64,000 bases of DNA from contig CM119265.1 of NCBI GenBank assembly GCA_051294375.1, positions 27,734,511 to 27,798,510 on the forward strand, read 5' to 3'. Source of the stretch: Paraspadella gotoi (Eukaryota; Animalia; Chaetognatha). The position numbers and the translations under genes are program-made. The notes below the pieces were generated by a model. That model was not told where the DNA came from. It was given only the letters and a program-made list of their open reading frames with translations, and did not search any database. Of this stretch, positions 1 through 14,119 are shown piece after piece (position 1 is the first letter of the stretch; every line of letters begins with the position of its first letter).

Positions 1-1503
1 TATGTTTATCTTTTGTTCTTTTTTTTCTCCTTCGAGACAAAAGATGTCTCTTTTTTTCGTTTTTGTTTTGTTTTTTTGTTTCAAACTTTGATCGACTTAA
101 ATTTAGTCGAATAATTAAATATGCAAAAAAAAGAGGAAAGCAGGGAAGCATGGTCGTCACTCTTGATAGCCATGCTTTTCTTTTCTTTTTATAGTGAGCC
201 ACGTTTTTTTCAAATTTCGTTACTTTAATTCGATTATTTTTTCGAGGAATAAGATAAACTTATTTTTAGCTTGATTAAAGTTGACCAGTTTTACATACAA
301 TCAAACAATACTACTCCATAACAAAATTTTAAAATAATCGTTTCGAAATAGACGAACGAGCATAAGAAAAATTGGGAACCTAAATGTTCGGTCGATTCTA
401 TTTGCAGAGAGAGAGAGAGAGAGGAGAGAGAGGAGAGAGAGAAGAGAAGAGAGAGAAGAGAGAGAGAGGCAGAGAGAGAAATGGCATAAAAAATTAAGGG
501 AAAGGGTGGCAGAGACTACTTTTATCCCGCAGAATTTGTTTTGTTTTGCTCGATAACGAAAAAAATATCACACCTCTGGAATGGCGTGAGGAAGTTTTGG
601 ATATCGTGATATTTCGACGAGAAGAAGAGGGAGTGGGGGAGGAGGAAAGGGTGGGGAGAGAAGGGAGAGGGAGTAGGAGAGAAGAGGGAGGTGGGAGGAG
701 GAAGGGTTCGGAGGAGGGAGTGGGAGTGGAGAGAAGGGAGAGGCAGAGGGAGAGAGGAGTTGGGGGAGGAGGAAAGGGGGGGAGAGATGGGAGAGGGAGA
801 GAAGGGAGACGGCAAGAAGGGAGTGGGGAAGGAGGGAGATGAAGTTGGGGAGGGTCAAAGGGTGAGTGGGGAAGGGGGCGGAAGAGGAAGAGACAGAGGG
901 GAGCTCGAGTAAGACTTTGTGTGGGAAAATGAAGAAAGAAAGAATGTGTGACACATTTTGACCTATAATTGAGTCAGGTAAGGGAAAAAAACTATACGAA
1001 CTCCAAGTTGAAATATTAATTTTTTTTTGGGTCATCAATAAAACATTTATTACAACGCGTAATAGCAATAAAAATCACATAATTGGAGCAAATAAAATAC
1101 AAAGGAAAAAATTTAGCAAAAATTAAACAATTTTGAAAAAACATGAGTTGGAAAAAAATAACGAAAGAGACAAACAGAACACAATAACACAAATAAAAGA
1201 AATTTAAATGCTCGACAAAATTTGGCCCCTCTCTCTCTCTCTCCTACTCTTTTTTTTTTTCATCTCTTCTCTGCTCTTTTTCTGCTCTCTGCTCTCCTGC
1301 TGCTCTCTCTGCTCTGCTCGTCTCTCTGCTTGGGCTCATCTTCTCTCTCTCTCTCTCATCTCTCTTCTCTTTTCAAAACTTTCTCTGTGCTCTCTCTGCC
1401 TTTGAATCCGCCCTTGGACTCGGCTCTACACGTCTGAAATCGTTTCTAGTGGGAAACGTAGCGGGAAAGATCGACGTGAGGTGAGAAGAAGAGAGAGGAG
1501 AGA

Positions 1504-1599
<96 letters not shown>

Positions 1600-1667
1600 C
1601 AAAGGGCGAGAGAGAGAGTGAGTGGAGAGAGGGAGAGAGAGTGAGTGAGAGAGGAAGAGAAGGAGAG

Positions 1668-1729
<62 letters not shown>

Positions 1730-1954
1730 TACGCCGGCTTCAAACGAAAATCCCGAAACGCGTTTCGCTTCCTCGATTTTTTTTGTGACATTCGTGACAT
1801 TCATGTGTGACGCAAGGGCGTGGCAAGCGTGACAGCCATGGTAAGCGTGATAATCGTGGCAAGCATGACAGGCGTGGCGTGCATGACAGGCGTTTATGAC
1901 TGCCTGTCACGAACGTGTGCCATTGGTGTTGTTATAACATTGATCTTTGTAAAG

Positions 1955-2273
1955 TCAATGAATCAATGAATTAATCAATGAATGAATTAATTAATGAATA
2001 ATTCAAATAATCAAATAATGAATGAATGAATGAAGGAATCAGTCAATCAATAAATCATTCAGTCAATCAATTAATAAATCTAGTGAATCAAATGAATCAA
2101 ATCACTCAATCAATGAACCCATCAATCATTCATGGTATAAAATAAATAATTAATCAATCAGTAAATAAATAAATCAATAAAGCAGTTAAGCAATCAATAA
2201 ATCAATCAAATCAATCAATCAATCAAATCAATCAATCAATCAATCAATCAATCAAGCAAGCAAATCAATCAAA

Positions 2274-2307
<34 letters not shown>

Positions 2308-2342
2308 GCAAATCAATCAAAAATCAATCAAATCAATCAATG
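1955..2342. repeat. (TGAA/TCAA)n tetranucleotide microsatellite
   Basis: Direct inspection. Confidence 0.95.
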
Positions 2343-2449
2343 AGTTTGTTGATTGAGTCGGAAAAGCCGAGCGTCGAGCCTCGCTCTTGCTATAGGGACA
2401 GCTTCCCCTTGCCTCTCATCTCACGTCCAAGTTGACGACCCCCCCTTTC

Positions 2450-2633
2450 CTGACTGCAACTCATCTTGACTCCGACCTCAACTTACCTATACTCCGAGCT
2501 CAACTCTACCTTACTCCGACTGACTCCATCCTGACTTAGACCTCAACTCACCCTGACTCCGACCAAAACTTACCTTACACCGACCTCATCTTACCCTGAC
2601 TCCGACCTCAATTCACCCTGACTCCGACCTCAC
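2450..2633. repeat. ~22-bp minisatellite (GACTCCGACCTCAACTYACCCT)
   Basis: Several degenerate tandem units visible. Confidence 0.9.
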
Positions 2634-2781
2634 TCTCTATCCGCGTCCGGGGCGACCTCCAAGGAGAGAAAGGTCATTTCAAATCTGCGGCCACCGACGA
2701 AAAAAAAGGGAGAGACTTTTTTCCTTCTCGTCAAAGTTGACGAGTCCGGGCTTTTTTGGGTCTCTCTGTCCGTTCGAAAGT

Positions 2782-2885
<104 letters not shown>

Positions 2886-3582
2886 TGTCTATGTCCGTGC
2901 TTAAATCTGAAAGTTTTTCTTATTCGTTATGTTCAATTGTCCACGAGTCAAACATAATGAGTAAGACTGTTAGACACTAGACAATAGACAGTCTTGATTG
3001 ATTTTAAAGCCTTTAGTTACCTTGTTTTCCTGTTTAACTTAGTCACATCAGCCGGCATTGTGAGATAGCTTATGAATTGAATTAATAGATAAATATTGTA
3101 TTGTTTGTACCCATATAATGATCCATGTAACGACTAAACATAAAAAAACATTTAAAATGAATATTTAAAAATGATATTCTACCTTCAAATGTCTTTGCGG
3201 TTTTTAAACGACGAAAAAATCGATTGGATCTCAAGAAGGAAATTCGTGGAACGAAGTTGGAGATTATGAGCGCAATTTCGGGTTAAAGCCTCCGACGAAA
3301 TGTGTTTCGTAATGTGTTGTGGGAGAGAGAGAGAGAGAGANNNNNNNNNNNNNNNNNNNNNNNNNNNNNNNNNNNNNNNNNNNNNNNNNNNNNNNNNNNN
3401 NNNNNNNNNNNNNNNNNNNNNNNNNNNNNNNNNNNNNNNNNNNNNNNNNNNNNNNNNNNNNNNNNNNNNNNNNNNNNNNNNNNNNNNNNNNNNNNNNNNN
3501 NNNNNNNNNNNNNNNNNNNNNNNNNNNNNNNNNNNNNNNNNNNNNNNNNNNNNNNNNNNNNNNNNNNNNNNNNNNNNNNNNN

Positions 3583-3615
<33 letters not shown>

Positions 3616-3635
3616 GACTCTTGCCATGGAAGGCT

Positions 3636-4330
3636 TTACTTTTCCAGTCTTCATGTTGCCCATAAAAGTGATGGTAGAAGATACGAAGTGAAAGAGAGGG
3701 AGAAGGAAAACTGATGAAGGGATTTGGAAAAAAGGGAAAAGAAAAGAAAACATAAAGAAAAAAGAGAAGTAAAAAGATAAGAGGAAGGAAAGGAAAATAA
3801 AGGAAATAAAAGGGAAGATAACAAAAAAAGAGAAGAAAATTAGAGAAGAGGAAAAAAGTAAAAGAAAGAAAAGAAAAGAGAAGATAAAGAATAGGAAAAA
3901 GAAAAAAGATAAGATGAAAGAGAGGAAAAGAAAGAAAAGAAAAGAGAAGATAATAAAATAAAGAGAAGAAAAACAAAGAAGAGGAAAGAAAGAAAAAGAA
4001 AGAAAAGAAAAGAGAAGATAATAAAAAAAAGAGAAGAGGAAAGAAATGAAAAGAAAAGAGAAGATAAAGAAAAAAGAGAAGAAAAAAAGAGAAGAGGAAA
4101 AAAAGGAAAAGAAAAAAAAGAAAAGAAAGGAGGAAGAAAAAAGAAAGAAAAGGCTAGAGTAAAGTAGCAAAGAAAGGAAAGCGGAAAAAAGAAAATAAAA
4201 AGAAGGAACAAGAAAAATCTGTTGGTAATTAATAAATATATGAAATGTTAAATGTAAATGTAAAGTTATTCAAATGATTTGCGCAGCAGTGAGATTTGTT
4301 CCGAGAGAGAGAGGAGAGAGAGAGAAGAGA

Positions 4331-4372
<42 letters not shown>

Positions 4373-5844
4373 AGAGAAGAATTATAACAAAATGGGGAGG
4401 CTCAGGCTCCGCGCAAAACTCAAAAGGCTCGCTCCGAACAATTGCGAAACTTTGCATTCTCCGAATTTCGCTTTCTAACATTTTTTTTCAACTCGTCGCT
4501 GCGATGATCCGTTGCCATGGCGATGGGTAAACAAACGATGAGGGAAAGGAATTTGTTTATTTTTTGTCTTTAAACTTGTAATAACATTTTTTTTATAAAC
4601 TATTATTGAGTTTGCGTTAAGCTTTGAAATAATAAGTACAACATTTTNNNNNNNNNNNNNNNNNNNNNNNNNTGGAAGAGAGAGAGAGAGAGAGAGAGAG
4701 AACGAGGAGGAGGGGCAGAAGAAGGAGAGAAGAGAGAGAGCGAGAGAGAGAAGGAGAGAGAAAGAGAATACGCATCAAAAGATCAAACGGGATTATGATG
4801 CTGGAAATAAGTGCAATGAAAAATTTTTGAGGAAGTAAAATGTTGTACTTATATTATTTCAAAGCTTAACGCAAACTCAAATAATAGTTTATAAAAAAAA
4901 TGTTATTACAAGTTTAAGACAATCAAAATATAACCAAATTCCTTTCCTCATCGTTGTTTACCCATGCCATGGCAACGGATCATCGCAGTGGACGAGTTGA
5001 AAAAAAAAAACTGTTAGAAAGCGAATTCGGGAGAATGCAAAGTTTCGCAATTGTTCGGAGCGAGCCTTTTGAGTTTTGCGCGGAACCTGAGCCTCCCATT
5101 TTGTTTATAATTCTCTCTCTTTTCTGTCATTCTCTCTCTCTTCTCTTCTCTCTCCTCTCTTCTCTCGTTCTTCTCTCTCTCTCTCTCTCCTCTCTCGAAC
5201 AAATCTCAACACTGTGCGCAAATCAATTTGAATAACTTTTCATTTAACATTAACATTCATATAATTTAAATAATTAACACATGATTTTCTTGTTCCTATC
5301 TTATTTATTTCTTTTTTCGCTTTCCTTTCTTTGCTACTTTACTCTACGCCTTTTCTTTCTTTTTTCTCCTTCCTTTTTTTCTTTTTTCTTCTTTTCTTTT
5401 TTCCTCTCTGCTTTTTCTTTTCTTTTTTCTTATCTTCTCTTTTCTTTCATTCTTTCCTCTTCTCTTTTTTTTATTATTCTTCTCTTTCTTTCTCTTCTTT
5501 CTTTTTCTCTTCTTTGTTTTTTCTTCTCTTATTTTATTATTTTCTTTTCTTTTCTTTCTTCTCTCTTTCATCTTATCTTTTTTTCTTTTCCTATTCTTTA
5601 TCTCTCATATATTTTTTTTTTCTTCTTTTACTTTTTCTCTTCTCTAATTTTTTCTCTTTTTTTGTTATCTTTCCTTTTATTTCCTTTATTTTCCTTTCCT
5701 TCTCTTATCTTTTTACTTCTCTTTTTCTTTAATGTTTTCTTTTTTTTCCTTTTTTTTTCAAATCCTTCTCAGTATTTCTTCTCGCCTTCTTTCACTTCGT
5801 ATTTTATCCCAATCACTTTTTGGGCAACATGAGACTGGAAAGTA
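3636..5844. repeat. ~1 kb inverted duplication (3636-4647 vs 4837-5844) across a 25-N spacer, probable assembly artefact
   Basis: AATAAGTACAACATTTT (ends 4647) is the reverse complement of AAAATGTTGTACTTAT (from 4837); match continues to TTTCCAGTC/GACTGGAAA; N run 4648-4672 is 25 long; indel-rich differences. Confidence 0.9.
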
Positions 5845-8074
5845 CATTTTCTCTTTTATCCCAAAATTCTTTTCTTATCTTCTCCCAATAAAAAGAGATT
5901 CAGTCGGATCAATTTTGCCAGAATTTCTTTTTTCTTTTTTTATTTTTTTCTTTCTATTTTCTTTCTTTCTTTTTATATCGCGAAATGGAAAATAAAGTCT
6001 CTTCGCATCCATCATTGAAAATGCCGAGATGCGTAAAGGATGCGGTGACAAGTACAACGAGTTTATCATAAATTTTATATGTATAAATTTTAAAATAATT
6101 GCTTTTTATGTATTAGCTTACTTTTTTTTAAATATAAAATATTTATAAATTTTGTATAAATATTACATTTTAGTATTTGTGTAATTGGATACTAACAAAA
6201 ATGGATAATAAAGTGTTTTTATATCATATTAAATGATATATAATCATATGTTTTTAAAATTATTTAAAAATATTAGTCATATTAGTTTTTAAAAACTATT
6301 TTTAGTTTAGTTATTTATTATTTATACATTAATAAAATTGATTTATACTACCGACTGATCACAAAATCCTTTTTGTAAAGATGAATTGACGCAACAGAAA
6401 AAGACGCAAAAAGTCGAAACGAACGCCTATTATACTACTACAAAAAAGCCTATGAATTTATAAAGATATAATTGAATTGAAGTTCTTTCGAGGGGCGAAC
6501 GAAATGAAAAAGCGAAAAACATCTCCGATGCTTTTTCTTGGTTTTTTCTTTGCTTTTTTTCTCTCCAATTCTTTTTGATTTCACACTCGATGATTTAGCC
6601 ACCAATTTTTTTTAGGAAAAAAAAAGAAAAAGATAAGAGAAGGATAAGAAAGAGAAAGTAAAAGATAAGAGAAAGAAGAGAAAAGGAGAAAAAAAAAAGA
6701 AAAAAAGGAAAGAAAATAAAAGAGGAAAAAAGAAAAAGACAAAAAGAATGTTTGAAAATGAAAAAAAAAAGAATTTCATTTTTCCAGTTTTCGCGCCAAA
6801 GAAATATGTTTAACGCGAGAAAAAGAGAGAAAAAAAACCAAAAAAACAAAACAAAACAAAAAGACAAAAAAGAATCAAAACGAAACAAAAATGAGAACTT
6901 TAAAACTTTGAATTTAGACTATTTCGAAATACTAATTGCTGGAATTTTACACATAGTAATATCTATCTATTTTTGAGATTTAGATCCGAAGAAAAAGAAC
7001 ATTTAGTTTTTCTCTGCGCATTCGAGTCTCTGTTGTGGTCGGTGTTGTGAGTGGGGGAGGTGGGGGGAGGAAGAAAATCGGAGAAGATTAAAAGTTGGCT
7101 GGAGATTATAGAAGAAGATTAAAAGGGGTAGAATATGGAAGAGAAAAGAAGAAAAGAGAATAGATGGGGAGAGAAGAGAAGAGAAGAAAAGAGAAGAGAA
7201 GAGAAAAGAGGAGAAGAAAAAAGAAGATGAAAGAAAATAATAGAAAAGAAAAGAAAAAAAAAGAAAAGAAAAGGGAAAAAAGAAAAAAAATGAAAAAAAG
7301 AAAAAAAATATATTTTTTAGCATTTTTCTTTTTTTTTTGCCCGAATTCATTTTATTTCATTTGATTTACTTCATCTGGTTTATCAACTTCATTAAATTTA
7401 AAGGGAGGAGTATGAGCTCATGAGGCGAGAGAGCGATTTCAGGTGGAATAAGATGAGTTGAAAAAAAAATAATCAGAGGGCAAACGCCGACGACGAGGAA
7501 GACATATGATGAGAAGGATGACGACGACGACGAGACGACGACGACGACGGAACGGCCTGGTGGGAGGGGGAAAGGCGATTAAAGAGATTATGAAATGAGT
7601 TTGCAAACGGATAAAATGATAGAGAAGACAAGCGAGACGACGACGATGATGACGACGACGATGATGACGACTACGACGACGATTAGGCGATGACGACGAC
7701 GACGACGACGACAACTACGACGTAGATTAAGCGACCGGATTAGAACAAAAAGGTCGACAATGAAAAGAAAAGAAAAAAAATCAATGAAGTTTTAGTTTTA
7801 CGACAAAAACGAAAAAGAAGGAGGAATGAATAATTAAAAAAAAAATGAAGAAATGATGAAATGAAAAAAAGAGAGAAGGGAACTGCTTAAATGTCATTAC
7901 ATCCACTGATAGAATGCTTATCTAAATACTTATTTACATTATGAAATATTTGTGCAATTTTTTGGGAGATTTTTTGCCATTTTATTCGACTTATCTTCTA
8001 AGTCATCATCAGTGGCTAAGAAAGACAAAACAAGAAAAGTTTGTGGATAAGGCGCTAAGTGGGCTGAAGATGAC

Positions 8075-8270
8075 TATCCGTAACTTCTTTAACCCCCTCT
8101 AGCAGCTACGGAACGGGTCCTGGGCTTGGAACCAGGTTTGAGGGTTTTCCACGCCCCCAAGGCGGCTTACGGCCGTCCTCACACTTCCCGCAGGGTAGGT
8201 ACAGGGTTGGGATTGAACCCGGTACCTAGTAGTCATGAGCTGATGGCTTTACTCAATGAGCCACCGGGTC
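8075..8270 (-). mobile_element. tRNA-derived SINE (tRNA-Met-like head)
   Basis: Minus strand GACCCGGTGGCTCATTGAGTAAAGCCATCAGCTCATGACTACTAGGTACCGGGTTCAATCCC: A-box-like TGGCTCATTGAG, B box GGTTCAATCCC, CTCATGA loop with unpaired stems, followed by GC-rich body; second copy of the head at 57259-57311. 3' boundary approximate. Confidence 0.7.
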
Positions 8271-9131
8271 AGGACTGAAGGTGTCATGCTTAGAGGCGGG
8301 GTGAACTTTGCTATGCCCGTCTACAAGTTTATAAATACCAACAAAAAAATTAAAATAAAAGATTAACCATTGAGAGAGGAAGTAATAAAGTAGTAAAAAT
8401 TAGGAGAGGAAGTAATGAAAAAAAATATGATAAAAAATAAAAATATAAATCAATAAAAAAATGAGAAAATGAAGAAATGAAAATTTAAAAAAATATGAAG
8501 AGATGAATAAATGAAAAAATGAAGAGATGAAAAAATGAATAATTGAAGAAATGAAGAAATGAAGAGATGGAAAAACGGAGAAATAAAGAAATGAATAAAT
8601 GAAGAAGGAGGCAAAAAAGATGGGGAAATTAAAAGGAATAAAGACGCGACTTAACTGGACGATTGGGATTTGAAAAAGATGGAGGCAAAGTTGTTGTTGT
8701 TGTCGTTGTTGTCGTTTTTCGTGTTCTTGCTGTTCTTTTTCTTCTTGTTGTTGTTTTTGTTCCGATTCTTGTAGTTGTAGTTGTACTTGTTTGTAATTTT
8801 GTTTGAAGCTTTTCTTTCAAAAGCAACTGAAATAATTATCTTTTACAGCAGGGTTCGAACGCGTTTAGTACTGACTAGGGAACCTCGTTGTTGTTTTTTT
8901 TGTCAGTATCGTTGCTGTCAAAGAAAAAGGCAATCGTCGTCGTTGTTGTCGTCGTCGTCTACTTAACTTGATAAATCTCTCTCCAACGACCAATCTTCCA
9001 GAGGCGCCAGTGACTATGTGGTATGTCGTCGTCGTCGTCATCATCGTCGTCGTCGTCGTCGTCGTTGCCCGAAAGAGATCGACGTCGAAATCAACAAAAG
9101 AAGAAACAGAAGAAATAATGCGACTTCAGGC

Positions 9132-9188
<57 letters not shown>

Positions 9189-9402
9189 GCTGTCTTTGAC
9201 GGTCTCATCTCCGCCGAACAAAAGACGTCAAGACCTGGAATAAAAAAAAGAAACTTTTCTATTTTCTAAGAAATAACGACAACAACAACAACAACAATAA
9301 CAACAACAAGAATAACAACAACAACATAGCAGAATCTTTGCTTGAAAAAAAGTGTTAAAAAACTGGTTCAAAAGTTCATTAAAAATCCGAAGGATCATTG
9401 AG

Positions 9403-9686
9403 TTTTTTATCTTTATATGTCGGTCGGTCGGTAGGTCGGTCGGTCCGTCGGTCCGTCGGTCCGTCGGTCCGTCGGTCCGTCGGTCCGTCGGTCGGTCCGT
9501 CGGTCGGTCCGTCGGTCGGTCGGTATGTCTGTCCATTCATCTCATTTTAGTTATGAAAGTGAGTTACCAGAAGACAATTAACGTGAATATGTATCAAACT
9601 AGTGAAGTCACGAGGTCACATCAAAAAGCCATCACATGACCCATAATTCAATGCGGTTTAAATTTGGTTGCTCTTTTGTTGATTTT
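9403..9686 (+). mobile_element. HINE-like element with long (CGGT/CCGT)n tract
   Basis: Tetramer array ~9418-9523 followed by 3' region matching 13825-13905 (GAAGTCACG, ATCACATGACC, GTTGCTCTTTTGTT). Confidence 0.5.
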
Positions 9687-10146
9687 TCTGACCCTCGAAT
9701 CTGGGGGTTAGTACTAAGTAGCCTACTGCGGAATTTTCAAATTCTGTAAAACAATTCTTTTTAAAATTTCAATTAAAATTAAATTTAAAATGTTTACCCC
9801 CGCTTTATTCCACACCCCTTAACTCCTTCCACCTCCCACTTTCATCACTGCCCCTTCTCCCGCCCTCAACTTCTCCGCGTCGTAAAAACAACATCTGCGC
9901 CTCGGATCATAACAATAAATCTTAGGGTCACTTTAAAGCTTCGACTAAGATACAAGAGAGGAATAGAGAGGAATAGAGAGGAATAAAAAAAGGAATAGAG
10001 AGGGAAAAGTGCGGGAGGAGGTGATGTAATAAAGATTATGTACGCGCGCGCGTGAAAGCCAGGGGGGAAGAGAGAAGAGAGAGAGAGAGAAGAGAGAGGA
10101 GAGAGAGAGAGAAAGGAGAGAGAGAGAGAGAGAGCAGAGAGAAGAG

Positions 10147-10181
<35 letters not shown>

Positions 10182-10944
10182 GAGAGAGAGAGCTAAGGCA
10201 GGCGTATAATGAAAAAAAAAAAAATAAAAAAAAAAAAAAAAAAAAAATAGTGCTGGGAAAGGGGAGTATCCGGACGGGAGAGGAATAAGAATGAAAAGTG
10301 ATGATAGAATGGAGAAAGGAAGAGGAGAAGAAGAGAAGAGAGAGAGGAGAGAGAGAGGTAGAGAGAGAGAGAGAGGAGAGAGAGAGAGAAGAAGAGAAAA
10401 TATTTTTCCCCGTTTTGGCTTCCCTTTCTATCGGGTTAATGAAAAGCAGCTGTAGCCGAGCGCGCGAAGGGGTAGGGGCGACAGGATGGCGGGAAACACG
10501 GGAGAGACGAGCCGCGAGAAGCGAATGACTGGAGGACCGAGACGGGAGGGAATCTCAAGATTTTGTGAAGAACAAAAAGAAAATGGGAAGAAAATCGGAA
10601 GCAGAGTACATTAAGTTGATTGGTTGATTGGTTGGGTAGAATATGATTGGTTAGATTGATTGGTTTGGGATTTTTTTTGGTGATTGGTGGTTTATTTTTG
10701 GTTCATTTGGTTCATTTATGGGGCTTTCCTTGTTTGATTGGGGCTTTGGTTGATAAGTTAGGGCACAGTTGATTGGTTGAGCTTTGGTTGATACGTAGGT
10801 CACAGTTGTTTGGTTGTTGCTTTGGTTGATTGGTTAGGGCACAGAAGAGTGATTGGTTTAATTGTTTTAAAGCATTATTTTGATTGGATGATTGGTTTGG
10901 GCGTATTAGTTTGATTGGTTGCGTTAGATTGATTGCCTTTTTAA

Positions 10945-11348
10945 CTTCGTCTTTCTAATTTCGTCTTTCCAACTTCGCCTTTCCAACTTTGCCTTTCCAA
11001 CTTCGCCCTTCCAACTTCNNNNNNNNNNNNNNNNNNNNNNNNNNNNNNNNNNNNNNNNNNNNNNNNNNNNNNNNNNNNNNNNNNNNNNNNNNNNNNNNNN
11101 NNNNNNNNNNNNNNNNNNNNNNNNNNNNNNNNNNNNNNNNNNNNNNNNNNNNNNNNNNNNNNNNNNNNNNNNNNNNNNNNNNNNNNNNNNNNNNNNNNNN
11201 NNNNNNNNNNNNNNNNNNNNNNNNNNNNNNNNNNNNNNNNNNNNNNNNNNNNNNNNNNNNNNNNNNNNNNNNNNNNNNNNNNNNNNNNNNNNNNNNNNNN
11301 CAACTTCGCCCTTCCAACTTCGCCTTTCCAACTTCGCCTTTCCAACTT
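10945..11348. repeat. 14-bp minisatellite (TCCAACTTCGCCTT) spanning a gap
   Basis: Same unit on both sides of N run 11019-11300. Confidence 0.9.
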
Positions 11349-13233
11349 CTCAGTCGGACTTCATCCCGGGATCAAATCTGTCTCGCTGGGGGGATTTTCG
11401 ATCTCCCGCGAGAAAAAGGAGATGGAGATCAAATCGAGAATATTGTAAAGACTAAAGTCTAGTATAATGTTGCTAAGGGTCATAAAATGTAATGAAATGT
11501 GAGAAAGAGAGTGAAAAGCTATAATGAATTATTTTTTTATGTTTAAGGTACCAAATGTTTAGGACGTCGTTGTTGAATATTAAACGATTTAATAACTAAA
11601 ATGATAGATAGAAAAGTATAGAATACGTTCATGAATGATCGTAAAAAAGTTTGGAAATGTAATAAAATGGGGATAAATTTGGCATGGCCATTGGTCAATA
11701 AATCCGGCGATATGAGTTTCCTCTGACCTCGTGGGTCAAGTCACTCGTCTTATTTCCTTATTTTAATATAGTTTTTATTTTATATTAATTTTGTCTTATT
11801 CTTTTGTTTTAATTACTTTTTTTTGGGCTTTTTTCTTCGAAAACACGAATTTGTGAAGGGAGAAAGTTTGCGTAAACGTCAAAGTAAGGAAGGACGAAAA
11901 AACCAAGTTAACCAAACTGTGGGAAGTTCCGAGTTAAAATCTCAATATTATAGGTGTGGGTAGAAAATATTAATAAATAAATAGTTAAATCAATCAATCA
12001 ATATATCAATCTATAAATCAGTCAATCAATCAATCTTTTAAAAATTATTTTTCTGACGTCTAATCGACCTCAAGAATGTATCCCTCTGTGAAATGGACTC
12101 ACTGGTCATTCACGTCCGTCTCAACGGAAACAACAACAACAACAACAACAACAACGCCGACGACGACGACTCTCGAATCGGTGAACACGAAATGGAGCGA
12201 AGCCTGAATCTCAATGAATGTCCGAGTCTGAATCTCCTTCCGCTAAATTCAGATGAATGTCAAGCCACTCGCTTAATAAATCCACGATTTTCATCAACGT
12301 CATTTTTACTCTTACTATTAACCTCTTTTCTCTNNNNNNNNNNNNNNNNNNNNNNNNNNNNNNNNNNNNNNNNNNNNNNNNNNNNNNNNNNNNNNNNNNN
12401 NNNNNNNNNNNNNNNNNNNNNNNNNNNNNNNNNNNNNNNNNNNNNNNNNNNNNNNNNNNNNNNNNNNNNNNNNNNNNNNNNNNNNNNNNNNNNNNNNNNN
12501 NNNNNNNNNNNNNNNNNNNNNNNNNNNNNNNNNNNNNNNNNNNNNNNNNNNNNNNNNNNNNNNNNNNNNNNNNNNNNNNNNNNNNNNNNNNNNNNNNNNN
12601 NNNNNNNNNNNNNNNNNNNNNNNNNNNNNNNNNNNNNNNNNNNNNNNNNNNNNNNNNNNNNNNNNNNNNNNNNNNNNNNNNNNNNNNNNNNNNNNNNNNN
12701 NNNNNNNNNNNNNNNNNNNNNNNNNNNNNNNNNNNNNNNNNNNNNNNNNNNNNNNNNNNNNNNNNNNNNNNNNNNNNNNNNNNNNNNNNNNNNNNNNNNN
12801 NNNNNNNNNNNNNNNNNNNNNNNNNNNNNNNNNNNNNNNNNNNNNNNNNNNNNNNNNNNNNNNNNNNNNNNNNNNNNNNNNNNNNNNNNNNNNNNNNNNN
12901 NNNNNNNNNNNNNNAAAGAAATAAAGGAAAGATAAAGGAAAAAGAAATAATAGGGAAAAGAAAAATTAAGAGTCGCCAACTCCTTGGCAAATGAATTTTA
13001 ATATTCTTATTCCTTGAAAAACAGACATAAAAGAGTTCGAAATTCGCAGTGGGAGAACGCGAACGGCGGAGATTACCTTTTATTTCATTCCTTTTATTTC
13101 TTTCTTTTCTTTCCTCTCTTCTTTCTTCTTTTCATTTTTATTTTCTTTTATGTATTCTTTTCGATCCGTCGTTTTCTTTCTTTCTTCATTTCTCCCCAGT
13201 CTCTCGTTTGGAAGACAGTTACGTTTCGACAAT

Positions 13234-13269
<36 letters not shown>

Positions 13270-13717
13270 CTCCTCGCCGCTTCAGCGGCAGCCATCGGCC
13301 GATTCGCTCCCGCCATCATGGAGTTTGTTTGTTGTTCATCAGTAATTCAATAGTCGTGATTACATTAATTGTATTTTATATTATTTATGAATTCGTTTCA
13401 CTCTTTCCCATTTTCTACGGACAATAGTTTGATCGTTGTCGTCGTCGTTGTCGTCGTCGTTGTCGTAATTGTCGTCGTCATGGTCGTCGTCGTCCTCTTT
13501 GTCGTCGTCGTTGTCGTCGTCGTCCTCATTGTCGTCGTCTTTGTCGTCGTCGTTTTTTAGTTTGAATTGACTTTCTGCTTGCATAGTTAAAGCTTTTAAG
13601 CTTTAGAGTTTATTATGGGAAAAATATTCCTAGCAAGATGTCCTCTTATTAGAATGTATATAAAGTCTGAGTTTTAAGAATTAAAAGCGAGAACAGGGAA
13701 CCTTTGGTCATCATTAA

Positions 13718-13945
13718 TTTTTAGTTGCGCCACGGAGAAACACTATGAGACACTTAGCTGTCGATGAGTAGGTTTGTCTCTCTATTAAGTGAGGTACCAT
13801 AGGACCTCTTAAGTATCGTACTTTTGAAGTCACGTGATCACCGTAAAAACCAAGATCACACGACCTTAAATATTTCTACGGCTAAAATTCAGTTGCTCTT
13901 TTGTTAAGTTTATTTTAAAAACGTGAGCGACTGCTAGCGCTACCT
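13718..13945 (+). mobile_element. HINE-like family A related copy
   Basis: Starts TTTTTAGTTGCGCC, has 3' AGTTGCTCTTTTGTT and GACTGCTAGCGCTACCT (the latter also near 41680); internal GAAGTCACG...ATCACA.GACC shared with 9600-9680. Confidence 0.5.
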
Positions 13946-14078
13946 TTTGTTTCTAAAGAAATTGTGGGAAGAATAAAAGATGGAATTCCGTTGAAGTGCG
14001 AGTCTCGGTAGTCAGGTGGTCACCCGGAAATACTCGCCCCACGCATTAGAATTAGCGTTCTCTTTCGGTAGTAGTTTC

Positions 14079-14119
<41 letters not shown>

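Noticed and set aside
30-190. Cluster of short hairpins at the window start
   Set aside because: Stems are short and in low-complexity sequence; the left context is cut off, so no element can be defined.
522-1832. Long ORFs in purine-rich and (AG)n tracts, and similar F/L/S- or R/E/K-rich ORFs throughout
   Set aside because: Low-complexity sequence or N runs lacking stop codons; no domain content.
2450-2633. CRISPR-like repeat array (also 22400-22617, 46648-47103)
   Set aside because: Units are head-to-tail without unique spacers, the context is eukaryotic, and no cas genes are present.
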